Positions 40,501 through 51,863 of a stretch of 64,000 nt of DNA are shown here, piece after piece (within the stretch, counting starts at the first letter, position 1; each line of letters starts with the position of its first letter). The stretch comes from an uncultured Actinomycetota bacterium (GTDB lineage Bacteria > Actinomycetota > Actinomycetes > JAFAQI01), in NCBI GenBank assembly GCA_963770565.1, contig CAVYQE010000011.1, positions 320,001 to 384,000 on the forward strand. The letters run 5' to 3'. The notes beneath the pieces were generated by a model. The model made no database searches. It saw only the letters and a program-made list of their open reading frames with translations, and was not told the DNA's origin. The translations under genes and the position numbers were made by a program.

Positions 40501-42084
40501 TCAGTGGAGTTGGATGAAGGTGAGCGTCGCGAACGGCCCGGCACCGACGTGGTTGCGGGCGCGGACCTCCACGAGGTAGGTGGTGGCCTTGTGGAGACCA
40601 ATTCGGCTGGCATGGCGGTGCCGCTTGGTGCTCGCCCACGCCGTCCAGCTGCGCCCGTCGTTGGACGACCAGCGGACCTGGTAGGAGCTGATCAGTGCGC
40701 TGCCGTGAAAGGCCGGTATCCGCCAGCTGATGCGTGCCGCCCCGGCGTGCGGGAACGTCACCTTCAGGCTGCGGGGTGCGGCGGCGGCGCCCACGATCAC
40801 CGCCACCGATTCGGCCGACGCCGGTCCGGTGCCGCTCACGTTGTGTGCGGTGACGCTGAACCGGTAGTGCGTCGCGTTCGCCAGACCGCGCACCGTGCAC
40901 GTGAGTGCTCCTGAGCTCACGCAAGTGCGCCCACCGGGTGCGGCGGTAACCCGGTAACCGGTGATCGCGGCGGCGCCCGGGTTGGTCGGTGCCGACCAGC
41001 TCACGACCACTGCCTTCGAGCGTGGGCTCGCCGTCACCCTGCGGGGGGCGGATGGCACTCCGGTCGTGATCCGCCCGATCCCCGTGGTCTGCCCGCTTTC
41101 CGACGGCTCGGTGAACCACATGTTGCCGTCCGGACCGGCCGCGATCCCATCCGGAGAGCTGGCTGCGGTGATCCCGGTGCTGAACTCCTTGACCGTTCCC
41201 ACCAATGACGAGATGCCGGTGCCGATCCGGCCGATCTGGTCAACGCCGTACTGACTGAACCACATGTTGCCGTCCGGGCCCGCTGCGATCTGCCGCGGAG
41301 TGCTGTTCATGGTGATCCCGGTGCTGAATTCCGTCACCTTCCCGGTCATGGTGATCCGCCCGATCTGGTCACCATCGGTGAACCACATGTTTCCGTCCGG
41401 GCCCGCCGCGATCCCAAGCAGCCGGCCGCCGGTGATCCCCTGGTTGAACTGGGTCACCTTCCCGGTCATGGTGATCCGCCCGATCTGGCTGTCACCATCG
41501 GTGAACCACATGTTTCCGTCCGGGCCCGCCGCAATCGAGTTCAGGCCGATACCTGTGATCCCCTTTTTGAACTCGGTGACCTTCCCCGTGGGGGTGACTC
41601 GCCCGATCTGGTCATAGAGGGACTCGGTGAACCACATGTTTCCGTCCGGGCCCGCCACGATCGAGGTCGGCCAGCTGTTCGGGGTGATCCCGATGTCCTG
41701 CTCCGTGACCTTTCCGTTGCGGGTGATCCACCCGACCCGGCTAGCCAGCATCTCGGTGAACCACATGGTGCCGTCCGGGCCCGCCGCGATCCCGTACGGG
41801 TCGGCGCCCGGGGTGATCCCTTTGCTGAACTCGGTGACCTTCCCGCTGGGGGTGATTCGCGCGATCTGGCCAGCTTTTGGCTCGGTGAACCAAAGGTTGC
41901 CGTCCGGCCCGGCGGCGACCAACGGCGGGCTGCTCTTGGCGGTGATCCCCGCGCTGAACTCCGTCACCGTCCCCACTGGTGTGTACGTCACCCCAGCGGC
42001 CGGACCCACTGATCCGGCCACGCCGATCGTTGCCACCACAGCGACCAAAACGGCCGAACCTGACCTGCGCGCGCGAGCCACCAT
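40501..42084 (-). CDS. Secreted Vgb-like beta-propeller + 2 FN3 domains (paralog 1)
   Basis: Same architecture; RBS AAAGGGG upstream of ATG 42084. Confidence 0.85.
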   Translation of the reverse strand: MVARARRSGSAVLVAVVATIGVAGSVGPAAGVTYTPVGTVTEFSAGITAKSSPPLVAAGPDGNLWFTEPKAGQIARITPSGKVTEFSKGITPGADPYGIAAGPDGTMWFTEMLASRVGWITRNGKVTEQDIGITPNSWPTSIVAGPDGNMWFTESLYDQIGRVTPTGKVTEFKKGITGIGLNSIAAGPDGNMWFTDGDSQIGRITMTGKVTQFNQGITGGRLLGIAAGPDGNMWFTDGDQIGRITMTGKVTEFSTGITMNSTPRQIAAGPDGNMWFSQYGVDQIGRIGTGISSLVGTVKEFSTGITAASSPDGIAAGPDGNMWFTEPSESGQTTGIGRITTGVPSAPRRVTASPRSKAVVVSWSAPTNPGAAAITGYRVTAAPGGRTCVSSGALTCTVRGLANATHYRFSVTAHNVSGTGPASAESVAVIVGAAAAPRSLKVTFPHAGAARISWRIPAFHGSALISSYQVRWSSNDGRSWTAWASTKRHRHASRIGLHKATTYLVEVRARNHVGAGPFATLTFIQLH

Positions 42085-42337
42085 GGCCCTGCCCCTTTCG
42101 ACCGTCTCCGCCACCCCCACCCGGGCACGGCGAACTGGACGAGCCGTCAATGATCCGGCGACAGCAGATTCATACCAGCGGGATCGCTGCAAAGGAAGCC
42201 CAGCGCTGCTGGTGCGGCTGGTTCTCGCTTCCGATGCCCGACCTGGCCGCATCTCCTTGCGAGCCATCCGTCGCGGCGAGGCTCGGGGTGATCCGTGCGG
42301 TCGAGCGGGCGGAACAACAACCTCGCGTCGGGTCCGG

Positions 42338-43147
42338 CTAGTCGGCCGTCGTTGTGGATGCTGTGTACAGGACGCCGGTCCGTTCGGCGACGGTCGGCCC
42401 TACGGTCGTCGCCTCGGCGACCAGGTCGTCGGCGGACTCGTCGCCGAGCGTCCCGCGGATTTCGTCGATGTTGGCCAGCCACACGTCGTACATGCGCTTG
42501 AGGTCTTCGGAGAACCAGGGAATCTCCTCCCTGGCCTCAACGATGAGTCCACCAGCCCTGATCAGTGGCGTCCAGTCGGGCACCGCCGTAGGGCGCTGCG
42601 GATCGTCGGATTCGTCGGCGGTGAACATGAATCGGCCGCCCGGCCGAAGGATCCGCGCCACCTCGGTGAACACGGCCACCCGATTGGGGGCGAAGAACAC
42701 GGCATCGGCACAGATGACAGAGTCGAAACTGTTCGAGGTGAGGCCGGTGGCGGCGAGATCACCCACCACAAACGTCGCCCGCTCCGCCGGAACGAACTCC
42801 GGCGTGCGCTCGGTTGCCAGCTTCACTGCCACCGGCGACCAGTCCACTCCCGTCAGTATGGCGCCGGTCGCGCGGGCGAGCCAAAGGCCGACTCCGGCAC
42901 GACCGCACGCCAAGTCCACCAGTCGTCCACCGACGCCCAGATTCAAGCCCGAGACGAACCGTCCCAGCGTCCACCAGGTCGTCATGCCCCACGGCTGGAC
43001 CTGTTCGGGGTAGCGCTCGCCGTAGGTCTCACGGCTCAAGCGCCACATCAACTCATTAGCAGTGACTCCGTGGGCGCGATCGAACTCCTTCGGAGTCAGG
43101 TCGGGCCCGATGGGTGCGGTGGCGCCGATCAATTCGTCAGTCGTCAC
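42338..43147 (-). CDS. Class I SAM-dependent methyltransferase
   Basis: LVDLACGRAG, FVVGD, FDSVIC, ARILRPGG. Confidence 0.85.
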   Translation of the reverse strand: MTTDELIGATAPIGPDLTPKEFDRAHGVTANELMWRLSRETYGERYPEQVQPWGMTTWWTLGRFVSGLNLGVGGRLVDLACGRAGVGLWLARATGAILTGVDWSPVAVKLATERTPEFVPAERATFVVGDLAATGLTSNSFDSVICADAVFFAPNRVAVFTEVARILRPGGRFMFTADESDDPQRPTAVPDWTPLIRAGGLIVEAREEIPWFSEDLKRMYDVWLANIDEIRGTLGDESADDLVAEATTVGPTVAERTGVLYTASTTTAD

Positions 43148-43234
43148 GTCCTCCGCCCCTTTGACCGGCCCGTTCTCCGAAGTCTGCCACGGCCGCCGTA
43201 CGTGCGACCGATGGTCCGTCGGATCCCAAACTGA

Positions 43235-43266
43235 TACTTGATTGATTCCAGAAAATGGGGAAGACT
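43235..43266 (+). promoter_or_regulatory. furA promoter with FurA operator
   Basis: AT-rich CTTGATTGATTCCAGAAAA resembles the mycobacterial FurA box; TTGATT-N17-AAGACT with GTG 6 nt later (leaderless). Confidence 0.7.
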
Positions 43267-43272
43267 CGCAGC

Positions 43273-43716
43273 GTGCCGGTGACTGCTGACTTCGAGCAGA
43301 TGCTGCGCGCGGCAGAGCTCCGAGTGACCCGGCAGCGAGTCGCGGTGCTCGGTGCCGTCCACGCTCATCCGCACGCCGACACCGACTCGATTATCGGTAT
43401 CGTCCGCGCGGAGCACGGTGAGGTCTCCCACCAGGCGGTCTACGACGTCCTTCGGGCACTGACGACGGCAGGACTCGTACGACGGATCGAGCCGGCCGGC
43501 TCGGTCGCGCGCTACGAGGCGCGGGTCGGCGACAACCACCACCACATCGTGTGCCGGTCGTGCGGCGTCATCGTCGACGTCGACTGCGCGGTCGGAATCA
43601 CGCCCTGCTTGACTGCGTCCGACGACGGGGGCTTCGAGATCGACGAGGCCGAGGTCGTCTACTGGGGCCTGTGCCCCGACTGCGCCACCACATCAGTTCT
43701 TGAGTCGAGTGCCTGA
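43273..43716 (+). CDS. furA: Fur-family regulator FurA
   Basis: LRVTRQR, HPHAD, QAVYDVL, DNHHHIVCRSCG, WGLCPDC; directly upstream of katG. Confidence 0.93.
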   Translation: MPVTADFEQMLRAAELRVTRQRVAVLGAVHAHPHADTDSIIGIVRAEHGEVSHQAVYDVLRALTTAGLVRRIEPAGSVARYEARVGDNHHHIVCRSCGVIVDVDCAVGITPCLTASDDGGFEIDEAEVVYWGLCPDCATTSVLESSA

Positions 43717-45966
<2,250 letters not shown>

Positions 45967-46074
45967 TCCCCAGCCAGGTCGACGCGTGGTGCCGACCGGT
46001 GCTCACCGACGCGGGATATCGTGCGCGAAATGGCCGGGGGGCTATTGGTCAGTGATCTCGGGTCGGAGGTCAAA

Positions 46075-47067
46075 TTGCGCGCACCACGGGTCGGTCTTGT
46101 CCTCGCTGCGGTTGTTGGTCTGGTCGTGCCGCTGGCCGGCGCGGCGAGCGCAGGCACTCACCGTACGGTCGTCGTCACCCGCGGAGTTCCGAGCCCGCTC
46201 GGCTTCTTCGGAGCGAAGTGCGACACCGGCCAGATCGACCCGCGCGGCGTGCCCGTGCACGTGCCCGGGCCCGGCAAGCCGCCGTCCGGGAAGGGCAGCC
46301 TCGCCCTGCGCGGACCGGACGAGAGGCTGTTCGAGCTGTTCTCGGCGTCGCACCTGGCCACCGCCCTGACCAGCCTGTCGTACTGGGTATACGGCAGCAA
46401 GGCGACCGCGGCAGCAACGGCTGACGTCGTCGGTGAGATCGACATCACGACCTCACCGACCACCTTCGACGAACTGGTGCTGGAGACGCCGGTCAAGGCA
46501 CAGTGGCGACAGCTCAATCCACTCACCGCGAAGGTCGAGCTCATCCATGGCGATTCGTCAACGCCACCAACGGTTTTCACCGATGAAGGCATGACGACGT
46601 ACGCCGACTACCTGACCGGTCATGTCGGCGCGCACGTCTCCGATGCTGCGATCATTTCGTACAACTGCGGCTCCGGAACGGGTGGAAGCGGTCCGGCCGA
46701 TCTCAACGTCGACGACGTCCGAGTCGGGTTCAACGGCTCGAGCACGACCTACGACTTCGAGCCCGATCCGACCGTTGCACTCTCCGCGCACGCGCCACAC
46801 TCCGCGCGTAGGGCGAGCCCGGTTGCGATCACCGGGCTGCTGACCCGCAAGGGCGGAGCGATTGCGGGTCAGCCGGTCGCACTTCAGGCCAAGCCGAAAG
46901 GCTCGAAGACCTGGCTCGCCGCCGGCACGATCAAGACGACGTACAACGGGCGGCTCTACAGCGTGCAGCTTCCGACCACGACGACGGAGTTTCGCTGGAG
47001 CTTCGCCGGGACGGCGAACGCGGGGGCGGTGACGTCCAAGCCGGTCACCGTTCACATCGCGCACTGA
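46075..47067 (+). CDS. Secreted hypothetical protein with a C-terminal Ig-like/beta-sandwich module
   Basis: GGAGG RBS + TTG start, signal peptide ending ASA; C-terminal ITGLLTR..GQPVALQ..W..FRWSFAG. Confidence 0.65.
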   Translation: MRAPRVGLVLAAVVGLVVPLAGAASAGTHRTVVVTRGVPSPLGFFGAKCDTGQIDPRGVPVHVPGPGKPPSGKGSLALRGPDERLFELFSASHLATALTSLSYWVYGSKATAAATADVVGEIDITTSPTTFDELVLETPVKAQWRQLNPLTAKVELIHGDSSTPPTVFTDEGMTTYADYLTGHVGAHVSDAAIISYNCGSGTGGSGPADLNVDDVRVGFNGSSTTYDFEPDPTVALSAHAPHSARRASPVAITGLLTRKGGAIAGQPVALQAKPKGSKTWLAAGTIKTTYNGRLYSVQLPTTTTEFRWSFAGTANAGAVTSKPVTVHIAH

Positions 47068-47102
47068 GCCGGCCTCGTCTGGCGTTGCGGAGTCCCGGAG
47101 CG

Positions 47103-48113
47103 TTACGAGGGAGTGGGGACCGCAGCCGGGCCGGTGCTGACGTCAGGCTGCTCGGCCGACCCGGGTGGCGCAGAGTCCTCCTCGTCGTCGGGCGACGCCT
47201 CACCGCCGCCCGCTTCCTTCGACGCCTTCCACCGCGCGGCGACGGTCGACGAGTGGGTGATCTGCTCGGAGTCCAGGTAGAGCCGGCGGTACTCGGCCCG
47301 CAGCTGGTCGAGCCGCACTCGACGTGCGCGGTCGTCGTTTTCGACCGCGCCGTCGAGCTCGGCCGATACCCGCTCGATGAGGGGCCGGACCGCCGCCGGC
47401 AGCTCGAGGTCGGCGAGGGTGGCCTGCTCCCGGCGCAGCCCGGGATCCAGCCAGGCGTCGACCTGCTCGGTCGCGGCCTGGTCGTCGAGGTCGAGTCCCA
47501 GGTGCAGCTTCGCGTTGATCCCGGTCAGCACCGACCGCCAGTCGGTCAGCAGATCGGTGTAGCGGATGAATGCTCGTTTGCTTTCCCGGGTCTGCCGCTC
47601 GGTGCGCAGCTGCACGTTCATCCAGCCGCAGATCCGCGCGGTCGGCCGGTTCGGGCCCTTGTACCAGCGACTGGCGCTCGCGACTGCCTCGGCCGGCGAG
47701 CGGAGCAGCGTGACGTACGACGTCTCGAGGCCCATCTCGCTGCTGACCTGATCCCACAACGGCAAGAACCAGGCGGTGCGCGGATCCTTCACGACGACCC
47801 GGTCGTGACCCTCGAACTGCGTGGTCAACCAGGCCCGAAGCTCTGCGGCCACCTCGGCGTCCTGGCCGGCGGATCTGGTGTGGCGCCACGCGTACGGGCG
47901 GGCGTCCCAGGTTGCGACCTGCGCTCCGCGCAGCAGCCCGGAGTGAAAACCGACCGCCCATCGTGGCTCACCGAAGCCGCGCGGATTCGTTTCATCGGCC
48001 CGAATTTCCGGCTGTGGCACGGCGTATCCGAGGGCCGCGACCGAGCCGCTGAAAGCGCTCGTCCCACTGCGTCCGACGCCCACGACGAGCATCAACTGAG
48101 GGGTCGGCGACAC
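47103..48113 (-). CDS. Sulfotransferase-family protein
   Basis: 5'-PSB loop GVGRSGTS, NPRGFGEP, VKDPR, LRSP, YTDLL. Confidence 0.8.
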   Translation of the reverse strand: MSPTPQLMLVVGVGRSGTSAFSGSVAALGYAVPQPEIRADETNPRGFGEPRWAVGFHSGLLRGAQVATWDARPYAWRHTRSAGQDAEVAAELRAWLTTQFEGHDRVVVKDPRTAWFLPLWDQVSSEMGLETSYVTLLRSPAEAVASASRWYKGPNRPTARICGWMNVQLRTERQTRESKRAFIRYTDLLTDWRSVLTGINAKLHLGLDLDDQAATEQVDAWLDPGLRREQATLADLELPAAVRPLIERVSAELDGAVENDDRARRVRLDQLRAEYRRLYLDSEQITHSSTVAARWKASKEAGGGEASPDDEEDSAPPGSAEQPDVSTGPAAVPTPS

Positions 48114-48224
48114 CGAAACAGGCTATCCCGGCAACCGGCGCGGCCCGTCGACGAACCTCTGAGTGTGCAGAAGTCCGCACAGTAGGCTCGCGGGTCGGAT
48201 CCATGCGGAGGGAGCACGCGACGG

Positions 48225-51200
48225 ATGGGGCTTGTGGGTCGGGCCAGCCAGAACGCACGAGCCGGGTATCGGCGGCTGATGTCGCCCCGGCTTCGTCGGC
48301 AGTTCTGGCATCTTCGCCAGCGGATTCAGCCGTTGCTCGACGCGCCTCGTCGGGTCGGGCTGAGCGTCGTCATGCCGGTCTACAACGTCGAGAGCTACCT
48401 CGCTGAGGCAGTGGAGAGCGTGCTCTCCCAGAGCTACCGCAACCTCGAGCTGATCCTGGTCGACGACGGTTCGACCGACACCTCCGGCGCACTATGTGAC
48501 GACATCGCGAAGAGTGACCGCCGGGTGCGGGTCATCCATCAGGTCAACGGCGGCCTCGGCGCGGCCCGCAACACCGGGATCGCCGCGGCGCGCGGGAAGT
48601 ACCTCGCGTTCATCGACAGCGACGACTACATCCTTCCCGACGCCTACGCGAAGATGGTCGGCTCGCTTCGCCGGTCCGGCTCCGACATGGTCACGGGCAA
48701 CGTCATGCGCCGCGACGGCAAGCGGGTCTATCCCTCCTGGCTGCAGACCAGGTCGCACCTCGGAGACGCGACCTCGCGCACGCTCGCCGAGTCACCTGAG
48801 TTGCTGTTCGACACGGTCGCGTGGAACAAGGTCTTCCGACTGAAGTTCTGGCAGACCTACGTCAAGACCTTCCCGGTCCGCAAGCTGTACGAGGACACCG
48901 CAACCATCTTCACCGCGATGTTGCACGCCAACGCGATCGACGTCGTGGCAGCGCCGGTCTACGTGTGGCGGCTGCGTGACGAGGGCGGCTCGATCACTCA
49001 GCGGCTGCTCGAGCCCGAGAACATCGACGACCGGTTCGAGATGGTCGACCGGGTCGACGAGATGATCCGGTCCAACGGGCTGCAGGGCGCCCTGGGCGAC
49101 CGGCTGTCGATGAAGGTCCTCGAAGTGGACCTGTGGGTCTATGTCCGCGAGATGCACGACATGCCGCAGGAGACGATCGACCGGGTCCAGCGGGTGGTCC
49201 AGCGCTACTGGCCGGTCGCGTCCCCCGCGGTCAAAGCCGCGATCCCGCCGGATCGGCGGATCTGTTACTGGCTGCTGTTGAACGAGCGCGGGCGAGACGT
49301 CCCCGCCGTACTCGATTGGTACGCCGCGCTCTCCGCCGCCCCGCCGTTGCTCAGGCGGGACGGCGGCGTCCTGCTCGACGTGGCCGGGTGCCCGGTGGAC
49401 CTGGCCGGCCTGCCCTCCGAGTTGCTCGACATGGCCGACGCCGCCGAGGTCATCGCCAACGTGACCGACGTCCGCTGGACCGGACCGACGACCGTGACGG
49501 TCAGCGGCTATGCGTACACCAAGTTCGTCTCGGACGGGTCGCAGGCGATCACGCTGATCGCGAGCGACGAGCGGACCGGCGAATCGGTCTGCTTCGCGAC
49601 CGAGCGGGTCGGGTCCGTGGACTCGGCTCGCTGGACGTCGGACCTGAGCTCCGCGCGCGACCACGACGGGTTTGTCGGCGCGATCGACGTCGAGGCACTG
49701 CGCTCGTCGCCCGGGTCGGACCCGCGGCGCAGTCCGTGGTCCTTGTCGGCCCAGGTCCAGGACGGCGACGTGGTCAAGACGATCGAGTTGCGGAAGGTCT
49801 GGCGGCTCGGATCGGGCGCGGTGGTCGGCGCGTCGCTGCTGTCGGACCACACCGTTGCGATGGCCAAGGTCGAAGCCGGTGAACCGTTGCGGATCCAGTT
49901 CGACGACTCCGGTCTGCTGACCGAGTCGGTCGAGGTCACCGGTACGACGGTAGTCATCCGTCCGAACGACCCGCGGCGGCAGGCAACCCGGGTATGGGGG
50001 GCCGCGCCCGGCGCCAGCAGCACGGTCGAGGCAGATCGACGCGCGGATGGTTCGTTCGTGCTGCGGCTGCCGAGCCCGATCGGCGCCGATCGGTCCGCGA
50101 ACTGGCGGCTGCTTGCGCTCGTCGGCGGCCACGAGATGCCGGTCCTTGCGCCGGCCGGGCCCGACTCCGGATCGGAGCCGAACCCGGACGGACTCCGCGC
50201 CGCGGTCAACCGCACTGGCCAGGCAGTGGTCTGGGCACACCCCGGCGCTGCCCTCGTCACTGGGCTCGGCTTCACCGACGACGGCGAGATCGAGGTCGCG
50301 GGCTCGCTGTTTGCCCTCGAGCAGTTCGAGATCGGTCTGGGGCCCCGGGTGGGTGCGCCGGCGACCTGGCACCAGCCGACCGTCGCTGACGGAAAGTTCC
50401 GGGCCAGGATCCCGACGAACGAGGTCGATCTCGACGGCGTGACGCGACCCCTGCGCTCGGGCAACTACGTGCTGCACGCGCGCCGGGACCCGACGTCGGC
50501 GACGACGTCGGAGGTCCTACTGAGCGACGCGGTGTCGCTGACGCTGCCGGTCACGGAAATGACCGAGTCGATCAAGGTCCGCTTCGTCCGTCGGGAAGCC
50601 GACTGGACCGGCGTCGAGGTGTCGGCACCCGTGCCCGACGAGCTGCTCGGCCGCTACGCCCAGGAGCAGCTCAAGGCACGTCACAGCGCAAGCCCGCGCG
50701 CGCTCGAGAACGCGGTCTTCTTCCAGGTCGATCTCGGCAACTCCGCCGTCGACAGTGCCCTGGCGATCCACCACGAGCTGCGCCAGCGCGGCCTGCCACT
50801 GACGTTGTACTGGGGAGTCGAGGACCTCAGTGTCGCGGTGCCGGTCGGCGGGATCCCGATCGTGAAGCGCGGCGTCGAGTGGTTCGAGACAGTGAACTCC
50901 TGTCGCTACATCGTCAACAACTACGGCGGCTTGTGGGGTCTGTCGAAGGACCCCGAGCAGCGTTACCTGCAGACCTGGCACGGCACGCCGTACAAGTCGA
51001 TCGGGCTGACCGAGGCACGGCACAAGCGCGCCTCCCGGACCCGGCTCGAGCACATCGCCCGGGAGGCGGCCGAGTGGGACGCCTTCGTGTCACCGAGTCC
51101 GTACTTCTCCGCACTGATCCCGGCCGAGTTCGCCTACCACGGAGCGATCCTCGAGACCGGCTATCCGCGCAACGACCGGCTCGCGACCGCAGGTCCGGCC

Positions 51201-51788
51201 GAGTGTGCGGCGATGCGCGCGCGGCTCGGGCTCGACGAGTCGGCGAAGGTCCTGCTCTATGCGCCGACCTTTCGCGAGGGCATGCGCGACGGGTGGCGGG
51301 CCGAGATGTACGACGGCCTGGATGTCGGGGTGCTGGCAAGGATGCTCGGCCCGGAGTGGCACGTCCTGCTGCGTGGGCACAGCTTCAACGCCCGTGACGA
51401 CATCGCCGACCGCAGCGACGACCGGGTCATTGACGTCACTCGCCATCCCGACGTCAACGACCTGTGTATCGCCTCTGACGTCCTGGTGACGGACTACTCG
51501 TCGCTGATGTTCGACTATGCCGCCACCCGCAAGCCGATCGCGCTGTTCACCCCCGACATCAAGCAGTACATCGCGGTTCGCGGGGTCTACTTCGACCTTG
51601 ACGAGCAAGGACCCGGGCCGCTGCACGACGACGTCAACAGCCTGGCCGCCGATCTGCGCGACCTCGAGGGCTTCGCGGCCCGGCACCGGGAGAAGTACGA
51701 CACGTTCCGCGAGAAGTTCGCTCCCTGGGACGACGGCAAGGCCGCGGCGCGAGTCGTGGACGCCTTCTTCGCCGACGTAAAGAGTTAG
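48225..51788 (+). CDS. GT2 glycosyltransferase + CDP-glycerol:poly(glycerophosphate) transferase (TagF-like) with a long central insert
   Basis: VMPVYNVE, VDDGSTD, FIDSDD; C-terminal QTWHGTP, GYPRND, YAPTFR, TDYSS. Confidence 0.9.
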   Translation: MGLVGRASQNARAGYRRLMSPRLRRQFWHLRQRIQPLLDAPRRVGLSVVMPVYNVESYLAEAVESVLSQSYRNLELILVDDGSTDTSGALCDDIAKSDRRVRVIHQVNGGLGAARNTGIAAARGKYLAFIDSDDYILPDAYAKMVGSLRRSGSDMVTGNVMRRDGKRVYPSWLQTRSHLGDATSRTLAESPELLFDTVAWNKVFRLKFWQTYVKTFPVRKLYEDTATIFTAMLHANAIDVVAAPVYVWRLRDEGGSITQRLLEPENIDDRFEMVDRVDEMIRSNGLQGALGDRLSMKVLEVDLWVYVREMHDMPQETIDRVQRVVQRYWPVASPAVKAAIPPDRRICYWLLLNERGRDVPAVLDWYAALSAAPPLLRRDGGVLLDVAGCPVDLAGLPSELLDMADAAEVIANVTDVRWTGPTTVTVSGYAYTKFVSDGSQAITLIASDERTGESVCFATERVGSVDSARWTSDLSSARDHDGFVGAIDVEALRSSPGSDPRRSPWSLSAQVQDGDVVKTIELRKVWRLGSGAVVGASLLSDHTVAMAKVEAGEPLRIQFDDSGLLTESVEVTGTTVVIRPNDPRRQATRVWGAAPGASSTVEADRRADGSFVLRLPSPIGADRSANWRLLALVGGHEMPVLAPAGPDSGSEPNPDGLRAAVNRTGQAVVWAHPGAALVTGLGFTDDGEIEVAGSLFALEQFEIGLGPRVGAPATWHQPTVADGKFRARIPTNEVDLDGVTRPLRSGNYVLHARRDPTSATTSEVLLSDAVSLTLPVTEMTESIKVRFVRREADWTGVEVSAPVPDELLGRYAQEQLKARHSASPRALENAVFFQVDLGNSAVDSALAIHHELRQRGLPLTLYWGVEDLSVAVPVGGIPIVKRGVEWFETVNSCRYIVNNYGGLWGLSKDPEQRYLQTWHGTPYKSIGLTEARHKRASRTRLEHIAREAAEWDAFVSPSPYFSALIPAEFAYHGAILETGYPRNDRLATAGPAECAAMRARLGLDESAKVLLYAPTFREGMRDGWRAEMYDGLDVGVLARMLGPEWHVLLRGHSFNARDDIADRSDDRVIDVTRHPDVNDLCIASDVLVTDYSSLMFDYAATRKPIALFTPDIKQYIAVRGVYFDLDEQGPGPLHDDVNSLAADLRDLEGFAARHREKYDTFREKFAPWDDGKAAARVVDAFFADVKS

Positions 51789-51863
51789 AGTCGGTTCGAG
51801 CGCCAGCGAGCTGAAACGAGCGACGCAGCCGCCCTGGCCGACGAATGAGGAGCGACGCTCGCG

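Noticed and set aside
37060-42084. Streptogramin resistance (vgb) genes
   Set aside because: Secreted, FN3-fused, and lacking the catalytic His motif; only the fold is shared.
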